DNA of 64,000 nt from Nymphaea colorata (Eukaryota): contig NC_045138.2 of assembly GCF_008831285.2 (NCBI RefSeq), forward strand, positions 37,076,001 through 37,140,000, given 5' to 3'. Under the pieces are notes generated by a model. It was given only the letters and a program-made list of their open reading frames with translations, had not been told where the DNA came from and made no database searches. Below are positions 1 to 11,874 of the stretch, piece after piece (position 1 is the first letter of the stretch; each line of letters starts with the position of its first letter). The translations under genes were made by a program, and so were the position numbers.

Positions 1-3000
1 GTTCAGGTTATTAGAGCATTGGCCCATTAACCGATGAACTCTGATAGATGTCCAGTCCAAAGTGTGGTATTATCTGTGCCCCCGGTGCTGTTTGTCTTGT
101 GGTCCTTCAGCCCTTGGGTGAATGCAATCTTTGAAGTGGTCATTTCAATTTTTGTACAGTGAGCATTTCTCATGAATTAAAAAAATCAATGTAAAATTTC
201 TCGGTTTCCATGCAGGAGGAAGAGAGAAATGGATCCTTGATTTCCTGCATCTATTTTTCTCCATACATTACTCCGGAGTGGCCATTGGTAATTTGTTCTG
301 GACAAGGCAGCATCTGTTTCTACTACCAAATGTGTGGAGTGAGGAAAGGTATGAATTATGACACAAGTTTCATCCTCACGCTGTGACACGATCTTTCCAG
401 TCCATGGATGACTTAGAAAAAGGAATTTGTGCATTCTATACAAAATCAGTTCTAGTCTGCAACAGTTTCTGTTGCAAAGCAGCTTCTTAATCACGGCTTT
501 TTTGTTCTCTTTTATTATTTCTATTATTATCATTGCTCTTAACTTTTTTCTTGTTTCTTTTCCATTACTGCTGGGAAACCTGAAGCTGTCAGATCACCTG
601 TGCACCATCCTATATAATAAAAAGGTTAGGAAGCATTTCAGAAGCAGAGAGGACACAATATGGAGGCTTATTCTTGCATACAAGGTTGTTCAAGAAAAGC
701 AAGTCCTTTGGCAAATTTGCAAAACAAGAATCAGTAAGTGGACCTCCAGTCTCCAAAGCATGATGGCACAGCATTAAGTTCAAAAGCTCTAGTATTTGTA
801 GCAAGTGATATTCCATTTACAACCGGACACCAAAAGATGTCAAGCATGCACACAAAATGTAACCTTGAAGCAAAAGAGGAGCTCTCAATCAATAGCTTGG
901 ATATTGTGTTTCTTATGCCAATGGGAATCTGTTTTTAGCTTCGTTTCCTTCAAGTTGGAAATGGGTATGCCGCTCCATTGCCTACGACCCGTTATATTCT
1001 TTTGAAAATGAGTGAACTTGAGTTCAGGACGTCTAGCTTGGACTTATCAGGCATTCTGTGTCTCTGATGTGCACAAGCGGTGCCTAAACACAGGCCCGCC
1101 TATTACATGTATCTCTATTTGTAGTATGGAAACGAAGGTGGTACATGACCTAAGAGCTGTGAAAGGAAGTCTTTCATCAGTTTTCCAGAAAGCGAGTGAG
1201 TTTCTATTTGGAAAGTTTCGTGAAAGTGAGTGAGTTTTTAAGAGCTGTACACTTGGTGAGGTTGATCAAGCTTCCTTTCTAAATGTGAGTGGAGAACCAC
1301 TGTTCTGCTTAAAAGAATATTATAAAATGTACAATTTGACAGTCTTAAGCCAATAAAGGCTCTTTTTATCTTACCAAATTAGAGGCCCGTAAGTTAAATG
1401 AAAGAGTATGACGTAAGGAATGGTGCTTTTAGGCATAATCTTGGTAGGGAGTTTGCCTTATCTGAGTCGTTCTGACAAGAAGGGGAGAAAATGTAGATTT
1501 TAGCTTGAGCCTTACATTGTTTAGTGTGGTTCCTATTTTCTTGATTTCTTAAAATTGGCCCTTGGGAATTTTCCCGAAGGCTGCTTATGTGGGATAATAA
1601 AGAATTAGGAAATTATGTAAGATGGAGCGGATTTGGATTGGATTTATGCATATCAAAGAACCATTTCTTTTTCTTTCTCTCAGCATCCAAATTCAGCGCC
1701 AACTTCAATATAATTTGTTTGGCAATCCTAAACCAATCAATGTAATTATCTGTTACACCAAGTACAAGGCGAACTCAAACAACTTAAGTGCCGACATTCA
1801 TTAGACTTTTCCTTGCTTTACAAACTCGTACTTTTGTGTCAAATTACCTAGTTAAGTGCTGATGGTCACGTAATGCGTATTAGCATTATATGGACTTGAG
1901 GTTAAATTAGACTCAGAATACAATATTCAATTGTCATTCTAACTGGGTTTCTTTGTCCAGTTCAAATCCAATAATGGCAAATCGCCCTATATATAGGCAG
2001 GGATCAGGAATCTTACTGGCAAAAAGCAAAAATATAAACGAAGAGCGAGTGAAGGAAACTTGGGGTTCTTGTTCATGTTCCAAGTTTTTCCTTGGATTTT
2101 GTTAATGATCCAACATTTTCCTTTGGATTATCCGGTGATGTGGTTAGCCAAGAGCGAGAATTTTGAGTTTGGGTGCAAAATTGTAGTTCACATATTTTGT
2201 CGAGGAGGAATTCGATGGATTTATCCTTTTTTTTTTTTTTTTTGCTTTCGGTTAATCATGAATAGAATGGCAGAGGAATTTGCTCGTTCGGAAAACTTGT
2301 GATTCCGAGATCGGCTTGGGCTGGCATGAACAAGACGGATCAAAACTTAACCATAGGGGCAGGGGAATAGTTTTGGAAGTTACACTCTTCCATCGAATGA
2401 CTAAGTGGTGTGTCATTGTCCCCGTTATGGTTCAAAATTGGATTTCCTTTTTCCAAGAACACACTTAAAGATGAATTACTTCACAATCAACTATTCTAAT
2501 CCAAATAGTTGTTATGGTTGCCATTAGAGCTAACATCAGCCCAGACCCGACTGGCACAATATTGGACAAAGCTTGGCTCAGTAGGTCCAAAGCTCTTGTT
2601 GACAGCTTAAACTCTGCCCATTTAGTTATTGAGCTGCATCTTCATGTCGTCTTCCAGCTTACTAGTTAGTACCCAACTTTGTTCAAAACCATCGTCTTCT
2701 GGCTTCGTACCCATCCTTGTTCAAAACCATCAGCATTTTTTTTTTAATTTCTTAAAAACGTGGTCAGCGAAATCCTCATCCCGTTTTTTAGATTTTTCGA
2801 CAATTCAGACAAACACGGGATCGAAATCCCGGATTTCTGAACGATTTTCGGGATTTCGATCCACCCCTATTGGAGTATTTTTGTGCCCGTTGGGGTTCCC
2901 ATCGTCTTCCTCTTCTCATCTTCATTCTCCGCCGCTGCCTCACCCTGCTGCTGCCTCAACCCCCACCGCATCCTCAACACCACTGGTGCGTCCCCCAACT

Positions 3001-3953
3001 GCTGCCTCAATACCATCGCCCTCTTCCGTCGTCGCAGCCATCTCCCACTCATCTCTCTCTCCGTCTCAACACCACCGCTAACTCGCCCCGCCGTAGCCCC
3101 TTTTTTCCCAACAGTTTTCCGTTGACGGAATGGAAATGGCCCTCATTAAGACGGTGGACTATCGGCACTCCTCTGCAGAAGCTCCTGCTGCCAAGCGTGT
3201 GCCCTCTTGACAGCCCCTTTTCCCTGCAGAAGCTCCTACTCGTCACCAAGGGTGTCCCCTATTGAAGCTCTGCTGTTCATGTTTGGGCATTGAAGCTCTT
3301 TTGTTCCTGCCGAAGCAATCGACAGCCCCCTTCTCCAGTTAGCAATGGATAGATTAAGCAATTACTGCACCTTCTTGTCCTTGTTAGCCGAATTTTAGAT
3401 CGTGTTCTGGCTTTTGCTTTTATGTATTTCACCATGAGAGCAGTTTCTCTGTTGCTGTAAGAACGCAGAGAAAGAATAGCAAAAGTTTGGTGATTTTCGA
3501 GGGTGCCCAAATTAAAAATGACTGATTTCTTATTTCTTTCATTTAACCATATGTTTAGTGTGCAATTGAGGCAATTACATGAAAAACATAATCGTATAGA
3601 GAGAAACTTTATCAAACAGATCAATTTTAGGGTTTGAATAAGTTGTACTTAAAAATTTTAACAATGTTCCAATTTGTTTTCCATGTTGTCAACAAGCACT
3701 GGATAGAAATCCAGTGGATTATAATTCAAGTTCAACAAAAAGCCTGCATTTTGGAAATCCTCATTCTGCTGATCCTTTCCAGGAAGATTTGAATCTCAGG
3801 ATTTAAATCTTGGTGCTGCCCAACCCTACCTTATAGGGTTTCTGTATTTTTAAAAAGAGAATGCACCTGTCGGAGACTGACAGTGGTTGAGAAACGGAGT
3901 TGGCTGTTGGAGTCTCGCCAAGGAAGAGGAGAGAGAGAGAGAGGCAACAAAGT

Positions 3954-4035
3954 GAAAAATGCCAGAGATACAAGGTTTAAAAGTATGTATCAGAGAAAAA
4001 TGCCAGAGATACAAGGTTTAAAAGTATGTATCAGA
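3954..4035. repeat. Perfect 41-bp tandem duplication
   Basis: GAAAAATGCCAGAGATACAAGGTTTAAAAGTATGTATCAGA x2. Confidence 0.9.
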
Positions 4036-4290
4036 TTGAGTTGAGCCCCGGTCCAGCCAACCTATCCCATTATTATATATGTATAATTTTTAGGTCATGA
4101 GTTTGGGTTCATTTAATTGAAGCTTGTCAGACTACCCATTTTAATTACATACAAAGTTCCAGTCTCGCCCTAGTTGATTGAACGATTCAAATCTGAATTT
4201 AAATTTAGATTTTTTTGCACAAGATCTAATTAAATATGGTTTGATAAAAGTTGGATTCGACTGGAATCCGTACTCTTACATTCTCTATTT

Positions 4291-4708
4291 TATGGACTGG
4301 CAATAACATAGGAAAATCTAAACCGACCCGACCCGACAACGTGGGTTTGTAAGAAAATGAAGCCGCCCGAATTTGGGTCCCGAAATAAACGGAGGGCAAA
4401 CGCGTTCTCGGGTGGAATTATCGGCGTCAGCCAAACGCCGCTGGGGAAAGCGAGGACGGACCCGCTTGCCCATCCCAATTTAGTTAATTCGTCGGAACCC
4501 AAAGGCCTCCCTTCATATCCACCTAAGGTTGGCCAAGAGGACTCTTGGAAGAGAGAAAGGTAGAAGGAGGGATCACAGGAGCGAAAGCAAACCCTAAAAT
4601 CATCGAGGCGTCTCGATCGCTTGATCCGTTCGCCTGACCAATTTCTGGCCGTCCATTTCTCGTTCCGGCTAGGTCTCCGTTGCCCCATTCCGATCTCTGT
4701 TTCCGGTG
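4291..4708 (+). promoter_or_regulatory. Promoter and non-coding exon 1 of UBA paralog 1, with telo-box
   Basis: GC/CpG-rich block alignable to 11461-11874. AAACCCTAA telo-box at ~4589. Confidence 0.6.
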
Positions 4709-7279
4709 GTATGTAGGCACCTGCTCTCGCTTTCTTCCATCCGCTGTTTCCTGGTTCAGCTTCTCGTGGCTTAAATTCTTGTTGTTTTGGCCGGAATTTG
4801 TGGATTGTGAGGTTTCCGTTTTGTTCCGTGAGGTTGTAGTGGTCCCAAGGAGGATTTGGTACTGAAATGGTTTGTTTTCTCCTGCTCTCTCCCGTTGTTT
4901 TATTCATTTTCGCGTTTGTGGTTGAAGATTTGAATTTTGTGTCGTTTTTTCACTTTTGTTTGGTGTGTGGGGCGGGAGATTATCGTGATTTGGAAACGTA
5001 TGTGCTGGTTCTTGATCCGTGGTTTCGGCTTCACTGTTGATCGGTGGTAGTCTGGCGGATCAGCTTGGAATTCTTTCTTTTTTTTTTAACGGTTTTTAAA
5101 GCTTTTCATGGTCGAAGGAAGGAAGCTTCGGTTTCAGATTTCTTACTTATATTTTAAGGATGTATCGATGCAAATGCGAGACTTTTACATCTGGGTGTGC
5201 GAGACTTTGCACGATGTGTTTGTCGATAAGGAATTCGACGCGTTTATTTTCACGCTTTATTTTGGTTAATCGTGGATAAAATCGTGGAGAAATGCACTGA
5301 TTTGGGAGATCTGTGACTCCGAGAACCGCTTGGGCTTGTACAAAAAACGACCAATCGAAATATACCTGATCTTGTAAGCTGAAATGGAGCTAGCAGCGCA
5401 TGGACTCAAATTGCGGAGGCAATGGGAAATGATGCGGTTCTATGCTGTTAAACATGGGGTTACACACTAGATGTTTGGGAAGGTCCTAAAAGTTTGAGGA
5501 CTGAAGGTATCCTATAATGTGCAATTTGCTCATGGATATTAGCGATGTTGATATTGGTAGTCATGAGGGGAAGAATTTCTGCGTGTTGCTGCTTTAATTT
5601 CATCTAAAAATGGTAGTTATGCAGGCTGCCAGTGACACGATAAGGCACGACTTGTATACGTCTCTTTGCATTCTTAGTTATGCCGGTATCCTCTTATGAC
5701 TTTCCAAATTAGTTGGAATTTTTGCCGTATGTCACCAGTTGATTTCACTCTCTGGGTTGCCAATGCTTGTCTTGCCTGGAATGGTTTTATGCTGAAATAA
5801 ACATTAACCCCATTAACTCATCTCTGCCATTTCTCTATCTTCTTCCTGGAAGAGTTGATAGAAGGCCGTTATAAGAATTGAGGTTCTTCAGTGGGCGTTG
5901 TTACCTCAGACTCTCAGAGTCAGCATATGACGGTAACAATTCTGGCAATTGCAGTTGCAAATTCTTTCATGTCAGTTGATGGTTGGGTATGTCATATGTG
6001 GTTAAGATCTGTAGAGGCGCTTATTCCTAAAAGCTGATTGTAAGTTGCTAGTGAACTTGTATGCAAGTGGAGGGCATAGGTTTTTTGTTGTCTTAAGTGT
6101 GTAGTTGATATGATTTTAGAGATGCTGCAGATTTCTTGCAATTTGCTATTCCTCCATTTCTTCCTATGAATATTGGAAAATTTTCTTTTGCATTCACAAA
6201 TCCATCTTTCTCCATGCTGATGACTACCAATTTGGTCCTCCTTCTGGTTCCATTAGTTCTAGACTGCTAGTTCTTTTTTTTTTTTTTGGTTAGGACTGTA
6301 CTCATGGAGGGGGACTGGATTCCCTGGGCCTGCCTGACCTGTGCTTGATTAATGTCTTGTAAGTTTGTGTTTGACTGAAATATGGGCCTGCACCTCAGGA
6401 ATTTTTACCTTGAACCTGCTTTCTCATTGTAAGTGTCGTATCTTAACATTCTTTCAATGTGAAGATTACCAAAGGCGAAGTCTGATATGGGATGGGATGC
6501 AATAACAAAAGATGGTCTTGAGGAGGATGAAGTAGCACCTCAGGAATTTTTACCTTGAACCTCCTTTCTCATTGTAAGTGTCGGTATCTTAACATTCTTT
6601 CAATGTGAAGATTACCAAAGGTGAAGTCTGATATGGGATGGGATGCAATATCAAAAGATGGTCTTGATGAGGATGAAGTAGTTGGATTTCTGGATTTTTG
6701 CAACTGTTAGCTCAATAATGTCAAAGTCACCAACTTGTTTCATGGTCAATTAATCTGAGTTGCTTGTATCCATTGGAGCAACCGTTGGATGCCATAACAG
6801 AATGCAATCTTCTCAACTCTTTTTTTGTTGTGCGTGATTGATGCCAGCACACACTTCTGATTTGTATGCCATAAATTGTTATTATGTGTAATATAGTATG
6901 CTATACACGACCTGGGGAAATGTTGAATTTATTCCTGTTGCGTTATAGTTCCAATTTGTAGGAATTTGTACGTATGAGGTGGCTGTTTTTTTTTTCCGTG
7001 AGGTGGTTACTTTTGTCTGGCACTGTGTCTCCACCATGCAGGAGTGCATGTGAGAGTAAAATTCTTCTCGAAACATGTTCGAGTGCTAATGCATAAACAC
7101 ATTATGCACATTAAGCTCCCAGTGTTGTTATCAGAGCCTGTTCATCAGAAGTAGTCAAAATAACACGGTAGCAGATGAAGTTCAGTTTAAATCCTGTTCT
7201 TTCTTACATAGCTTCCTGTCATTATTTATGGACTTTGATTTTGCTGTTTAAAGCTGAATATTTGGTGCATTTTATGCAG
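4709..7279 (+). other. 5'UTR intron of UBA paralog 1
   Basis: Donor CCGGTG|GTATGT at 4709 follows a GC-rich, telo-box-containing first exon. Acceptor TGCAG at 7279. Same layout as paralog 2. Confidence 0.7.
6390..6680. repeat. ~145-bp near-identical tandem duplication in the UBA paralog 1 intron
   Basis: GCACCTCAGGAATTTTTACC...GGATGAAGTA at 6390-6534 and 6535-6680. Paralog 2 has one homologous copy (~13573-13710). Confidence 0.9.
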
Positions 7280-7300
7280 TTAGTTTCCAATTTGGCAACC

Positions 7301-9274
7301 ATGTCGCCTCAAGCCAGGTCCAAATCAAAGGAGAAGTCCTCCTCAAAGGCCACTAAGGAACAGAAAAGCCCTTCAAAAGTGGCGAATGGCAACGCTAGTG
7401 CTGGTAGTCCGGCAAATGCATATAACCCTGTTTCTGGTACATTTCACTCACTTGAAACGGTAGCCGTCTCACCTGCTGCATCTCCTAAAGGGCGGTATAG
7501 ATCTATTGATGAAACGGATGATCATTCTGGCAGTTCACTTGGAACTACAGCAGATTATGATTCCGTGTCTAACAACGAGAGCTGTTCTGGGGAGTCAGAA
7601 GATCTAAAGGAGAAGGCCTCTGTTGCTCCAAGGCAAGAACCTCCCCCTGGTTCTGGGTCCTCTGGAAATGAGAAACGGGACAAGATCCGTCAAAAGAATG
7701 AGAGGAAGCATCAGAGGCAGAGAGAACGGCGTGCACAAGAGCTCCACGACCGCTGCAATGGTTATCTGATGTCATGGAAGCTGGAAGCTCTTTTGCAGCA
7801 ACTTGTGGCGATGGGATTCTCATCTGATCGGGCAACAATGGCACTTATCATGAATGAGGGCCGTGCAGAAGAATCGGTGGCATGGCTGTTTGAAGCTGGT
7901 GAGGAAGTTCAGGCAGCTGAGGCAAAAGTAGGAGCAGGAGGAAACCTTAAGATAGATATAACCGAAGAGCTGGCGCGGATGGCAGACATGGAAATTAAGT
8001 TTAAATGTACGAAGCAGGAGGTGGAACGTGCTGTTGTTGCCTGTGAAGGTGACCTTGAGAAAGCAGCAGAACTTCTAAGGACCCAGAAACAGGAAACAAA
8101 ATCTTCAAAACCTGAAGAGCCTATGGACCTACCCTCTAGTGCTGGCACGAAGCAAGTAGCTGCTGTGCCATTGAGTGTTTCAAAGGCGCCGTCAATTGCC
8201 AAGGCTGGAGCTGTTCCTCTGGTTCTGCAGAGACGAGAGGAGCGAGATTTTAACTATGCAAGAATGGTGTCTGATCCTGGCAACAGACAAGTTGTGGCTG
8301 GGAGAAGAAGCCAAGCCAAGTCAGAATGGGCTAGGAATCAGCTACCACCCACAACAGATAGGAAGTCGTGGCCAAGTGCTAGTGCGAGTGCCTCCGTCTC
8401 CTATTCTCTGGCCACAACCTTGTCTGGGGTGCCATTGGCACCAAAGACGTCGCAGCCGGATGCGAGGGGCCTGGCTGGGGGTAACGAGAGCAAGACTAGT
8501 TCTCAGACAGTGACTGTTAGGGAGCCTGTGATTGTTATGCAGCGACCTCAGTCCAATAACTCGAAGCAACATTCAGCAACCAATCCGGGCGGTACTTCGG
8601 CGATGGTGAGTTGGAAAACGAAAAGTGATGGTGGCATCGAGCATGTGCCGAGCAGTGGCCCTGTAGATACGGTGGCCACAAGTACCTCGACCTCAAATGC
8701 TGGTGCTCAGCAACATAAGCCAAGTCAGTATCAGCCATTCATGCCTAGTCCAGTCGATGCCATTGCCGCAAGTTGGAGTGCAGCAACTAGCATCGCCGGT
8801 GGGTATGGGGGATCAGCAGACCCACAGATACCTGCCGGAGCTGGATGGAGCGCACAAGGGCACCAGCACCTTGGTGTGTCGTCAGCGCTGGGTGTGTACG
8901 CAGGATGGAGTTCATCGGGTCCGTCTGGTAATCCTTTCTCCCCATCAACAGCAGATTGGAGTAGAGGCCGGTTGATGATGGAATGTGATTACACCAACAT
9001 CGATTGGAGTTTGACACCATCGTCCTGTATATCTCGGCCAGGTCAGTCGACGCCAGGTTTTAGCTCGCTCAGTTCTAACAGCCAGGCATATGAGCCATGG
9101 TTGGGGACGAGCGACTCAAAGGGCGTTGGTGGCCTGTTCGGCTCCCGGCAGCGGGAGCAGAACAGTGGTGTTGCGCCGGAAGGATCGTCTGCATTGCATG
9201 ATTGGACGTCTCCCTTTGCTGGGAAAGATTTGTTTAGTCTGCCAAGGCAGGTCGTGACCTCTCCGTCTCTTTAA
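7301..9274 (+). CDS. Double-UBA-domain protein (plant ubiquitin-associated/EF1B-like UBA family), paralog 1; intronless CDS, ~657 aa
   Basis: Long ORF. ATG 7301 (ACCATGT) lies just after a splice acceptor (TTTATGCAG ending 7279). Contains a basic coiled coil (KIRQKNERKHQRQRERRAQELH), two UBA-like helical bundles (QQLVAMGFSSDRATMALIMNEG; KQEVERAVVACEGDLEKAAELL) and C-terminal DYTNIDW and DWTSPFAGKDLFSLPRQ motifs shared with paralog 2. Confidence 0.9.
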   Translation: MSPQARSKSKEKSSSKATKEQKSPSKVANGNASAGSPANAYNPVSGTFHSLETVAVSPAASPKGRYRSIDETDDHSGSSLGTTADYDSVSNNESCSGESEDLKEKASVAPRQEPPPGSGSSGNEKRDKIRQKNERKHQRQRERRAQELHDRCNGYLMSWKLEALLQQLVAMGFSSDRATMALIMNEGRAEESVAWLFEAGEEVQAAEAKVGAGGNLKIDITEELARMADMEIKFKCTKQEVERAVVACEGDLEKAAELLRTQKQETKSSKPEEPMDLPSSAGTKQVAAVPLSVSKAPSIAKAGAVPLVLQRREERDFNYARMVSDPGNRQVVAGRRSQAKSEWARNQLPPTTDRKSWPSASASASVSYSLATTLSGVPLAPKTSQPDARGLAGGNESKTSSQTVTVREPVIVMQRPQSNNSKQHSATNPGGTSAMVSWKTKSDGGIEHVPSSGPVDTVATSTSTSNAGAQQHKPSQYQPFMPSPVDAIAASWSAATSIAGGYGGSADPQIPAGAGWSAQGHQHLGVSSALGVYAGWSSSGPSGNPFSPSTADWSRGRLMMECDYTNIDWSLTPSSCISRPGQSTPGFSSLSSNSQAYEPWLGTSDSKGVGGLFGSRQREQNSGVAPEGSSALHDWTSPFAGKDLFSLPRQVVTSPSL

Positions 9275-9360
9275 GCAAAAATGGTAATAGTGGGATAGGG
9301 TTTGCAGTGAAAAAATGGACAAAATTGTGATTTGCTGTTGATGAGTGCTATCGAGTGTTG

Positions 9361-9420
<60 letters not shown>
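9361..9420. repeat. Compound (CT)n(GT)n(AT)n microsatellite in the 3'UTR of UBA paralog 1
   Basis: Directly visible. A (CT)n tract lies at the equivalent position after paralog 2 (~16394-16427). Confidence 0.9.
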
Positions 9421-9421
<1 letters not shown>

Positions 9422-11460
9422 AAAGGGTGTGTAGCGCCATCTCATTAAGCAAGTTTCAACGTCACTGGATTCCGTAGATTTTGTGACTCCAAGGGTCAAA
9501 AATTTTTTGAAAGCTAGGCATCAGCTTCGTTACTTTATTGAATAAAAAACTGTAATATTTCCGAAACCTCTCGAGGATGATACCGCTGAAAAGTTCCGAC
9601 GATCTAGGTGTTCAACCTAATGTCTAACTATTTCTGCTGAAAAGAACTTGCAGAACTATAGTATTGAATTGGTACAATTGTTAAACTACGAAATTTATTA
9701 TATCCTATTGTTAAAATTGGTAGAAGGAAGTCCCACAGAAATGTGATCCACAGAAGTTCTTTTAGCCGTTAAATATTATGAAAATAAAAATAAACTAGTT
9801 TGTCCGTTTCAGTCGATTAAAAATCGATAATGTTAAATTGTTAAGCAAATAACTATAATTTTTTAAAATTGGATGAGTTTCGGCCACCAATTTTAGAAAG
9901 GAACACACCGGCTCAATGGAGACTTTGGTTGTTTATTTACTTCCATCTAGCGCTTTCTACAATCTTTTTTTAGATATTCGTGGCGGTGGTCTTGCATTTT
10001 GTTTCTCATTATTGCATTTGAAACAAACAACTCAAGTTTATTAGAGCTACCAATACGGGTTAAATCTCTTCATGGTTTAGATTACGAGGAATAATGTTAA
10101 GCGTTGATATTTACAAGATGGATATTTGATAGAAAAAAAAAATTATTCATTGCCTTTAATAGCTTCAGATTTAAGATACAAAATGATTTGAGATCATTAA
10201 AAGTTTCAAATCCATGGATTTGAGGTCAGACTTCTCTCTCATCTGACCTTCAAAATGACGTTTTGGCCCATAACCTGAGGATCTCAACTCTTCCTTCCCA
10301 TACAATGGTAAAATTGGGTGTTTAAACAAAAGCTATTTGTACCTTTTACTTTTGTTTTGTTCTTAAATAGTATAAAAATCACTTTTTTGTAAATATAATC
10401 GTACAAATAGACTTAAAACATCAAATTCAATAAGAACAAAAAATAAAAAACTATGTGCGAATTAAGTTCTTGATTTTTTTAAATTACTGGTCTTGCACTT
10501 GTTTTTAAGTACGCTGTTTGGCATGCACGAAGTGAGCACTCATCCTTGAAGACTTGAGATTCTTATCTCTTTTGGATTAATTAAAATGCATTGTGGAGAG
10601 CAATACTTGTGGAATGGTTAGACTTTAGAGCAATGCATTCTGCGCCACATATATAGCATGCGTCTCAATTACGTAAACAGATCGTGATGTTCGGGTGAGC
10701 TGATAAAACAAGCACTGAAGTTTTCCAAATTCATGCATACTTCATGCACTATAAAAGCATACTTTTGAAACTCTACGATACCTGAAGTCATTTTGGAACT
10801 AAAAGAACACTCATAGTTTTCATAGTTTACGATAATGGTGTTGCACCATGGCTGAGGATGCTTGGCATACTTGATTACGCCAGTGGTTGGTAGGCAGTCA
10901 GTTATTATTTCGAATATCATGACCGCTATTGCCCTCCAACTAGAGGCCTCGTTCGAGTCCCAACTCAGATGTAAGAATGCGTTTAAAAAAGAAAATAAAT
11001 TATTAACAGTAATCAAATTAACCGAGGCATTAAGTTGGAGATGGTTTTGGAGATTAAGATAAAAAGCAAAGATTAGTTGAAATCAAGACTGATATGAATG
11101 TATTTCAGCCTCGTACATGGCACATGTAAACAAAGATTGATCTTCTGTAGAGCTTCACATAACTGATAACGACAAAGGCAGAATAATTTCTATTTATGCA
11201 TGACTATTACTAACACTATGTGTCAATTCATCTGTGACTAGACTACATAATTCCAAAGCATATATAGAAAAGTATCTTATGAACCACGAACATAAATGGA
11301 TCGGGTCAGGATTTGAATTCATCCAATTAAAACTGTAGAGGACGTCAGTATGCACTTTCATAAGGTAACCAGTATATCAGAGTCTAATATCCAACCCAAT
11401 TATGTACAAATGTCCGGTCTTATGCTAATTGGATCCGAATTCGAATTCTGACATCCATAT

Positions 11461-11874
11461 TGTGGACTAGCAATCATCTCAGACAATGTAGGCCACTCTG
11501 ACCCGACCCGACAACGTGGGTGTGGCATGCTTTAAGAAAATCGGGACGGGACTAGTCGCGAAATAGACGGCGGAAAACGCGTTCGGAGACGGAATTATCG
11601 GGATCTGCCAAACGCCGGTCGTGAAAGGGAGGACGGACACGATTGCCCAACCCAATTTAGTTAATTCGCCGGAACCCAAGGGCCTCCATTCATATCCACC
11701 TAAGGTTGTCCGAGGCCTCTTGGTCTTGGAGGAGAGAAAGGTGGGAAAGAGAAAATCAAAAGCAAACCCTAAAGTCATCGACGCGTCTCGATCGCTTGAT
11801 CCGTTCGCCAAATCCATTCCTGGCCGTCCATTTCTCGTTCCCGCTAATTCTCCGTCGGATCTCGGTTTCCGGTG
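11461..11874 (+). promoter_or_regulatory. Promoter and non-coding exon 1 of UBA paralog 2, with telo-box
   Basis: Alignable to 4291-4708 (e.g. CCGACCCGACAACGTGGGT, CCCAATTTAGTTAATTCG). AAACCCTAA at ~11764. Confidence 0.6.

Noticed and set aside
1..1233. Exon-like sequence with a possible intron (118-215) and several short ORFs
   Set aside because: Frames are repeatedly interrupted by stops and I recognise no protein. It may be UTR, lncRNA or a decayed gene, but I cannot support a call.
4290..4907. 205-aa minus-strand ORF and a related ORF at 11479-11886
   Set aside because: Antisense to the GC-rich promoter/exon 1 of the UBA genes. The similarity comes from the duplication, and the frames are not preserved between copies.
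7175..7300. N-terminal extension of the UBA ORF in the ORF track (also 14309-14344)
   Set aside because: Mostly intronic sequence upstream of the acceptor. The homologous ATGs at 7301 and 14345 are the likely starts.
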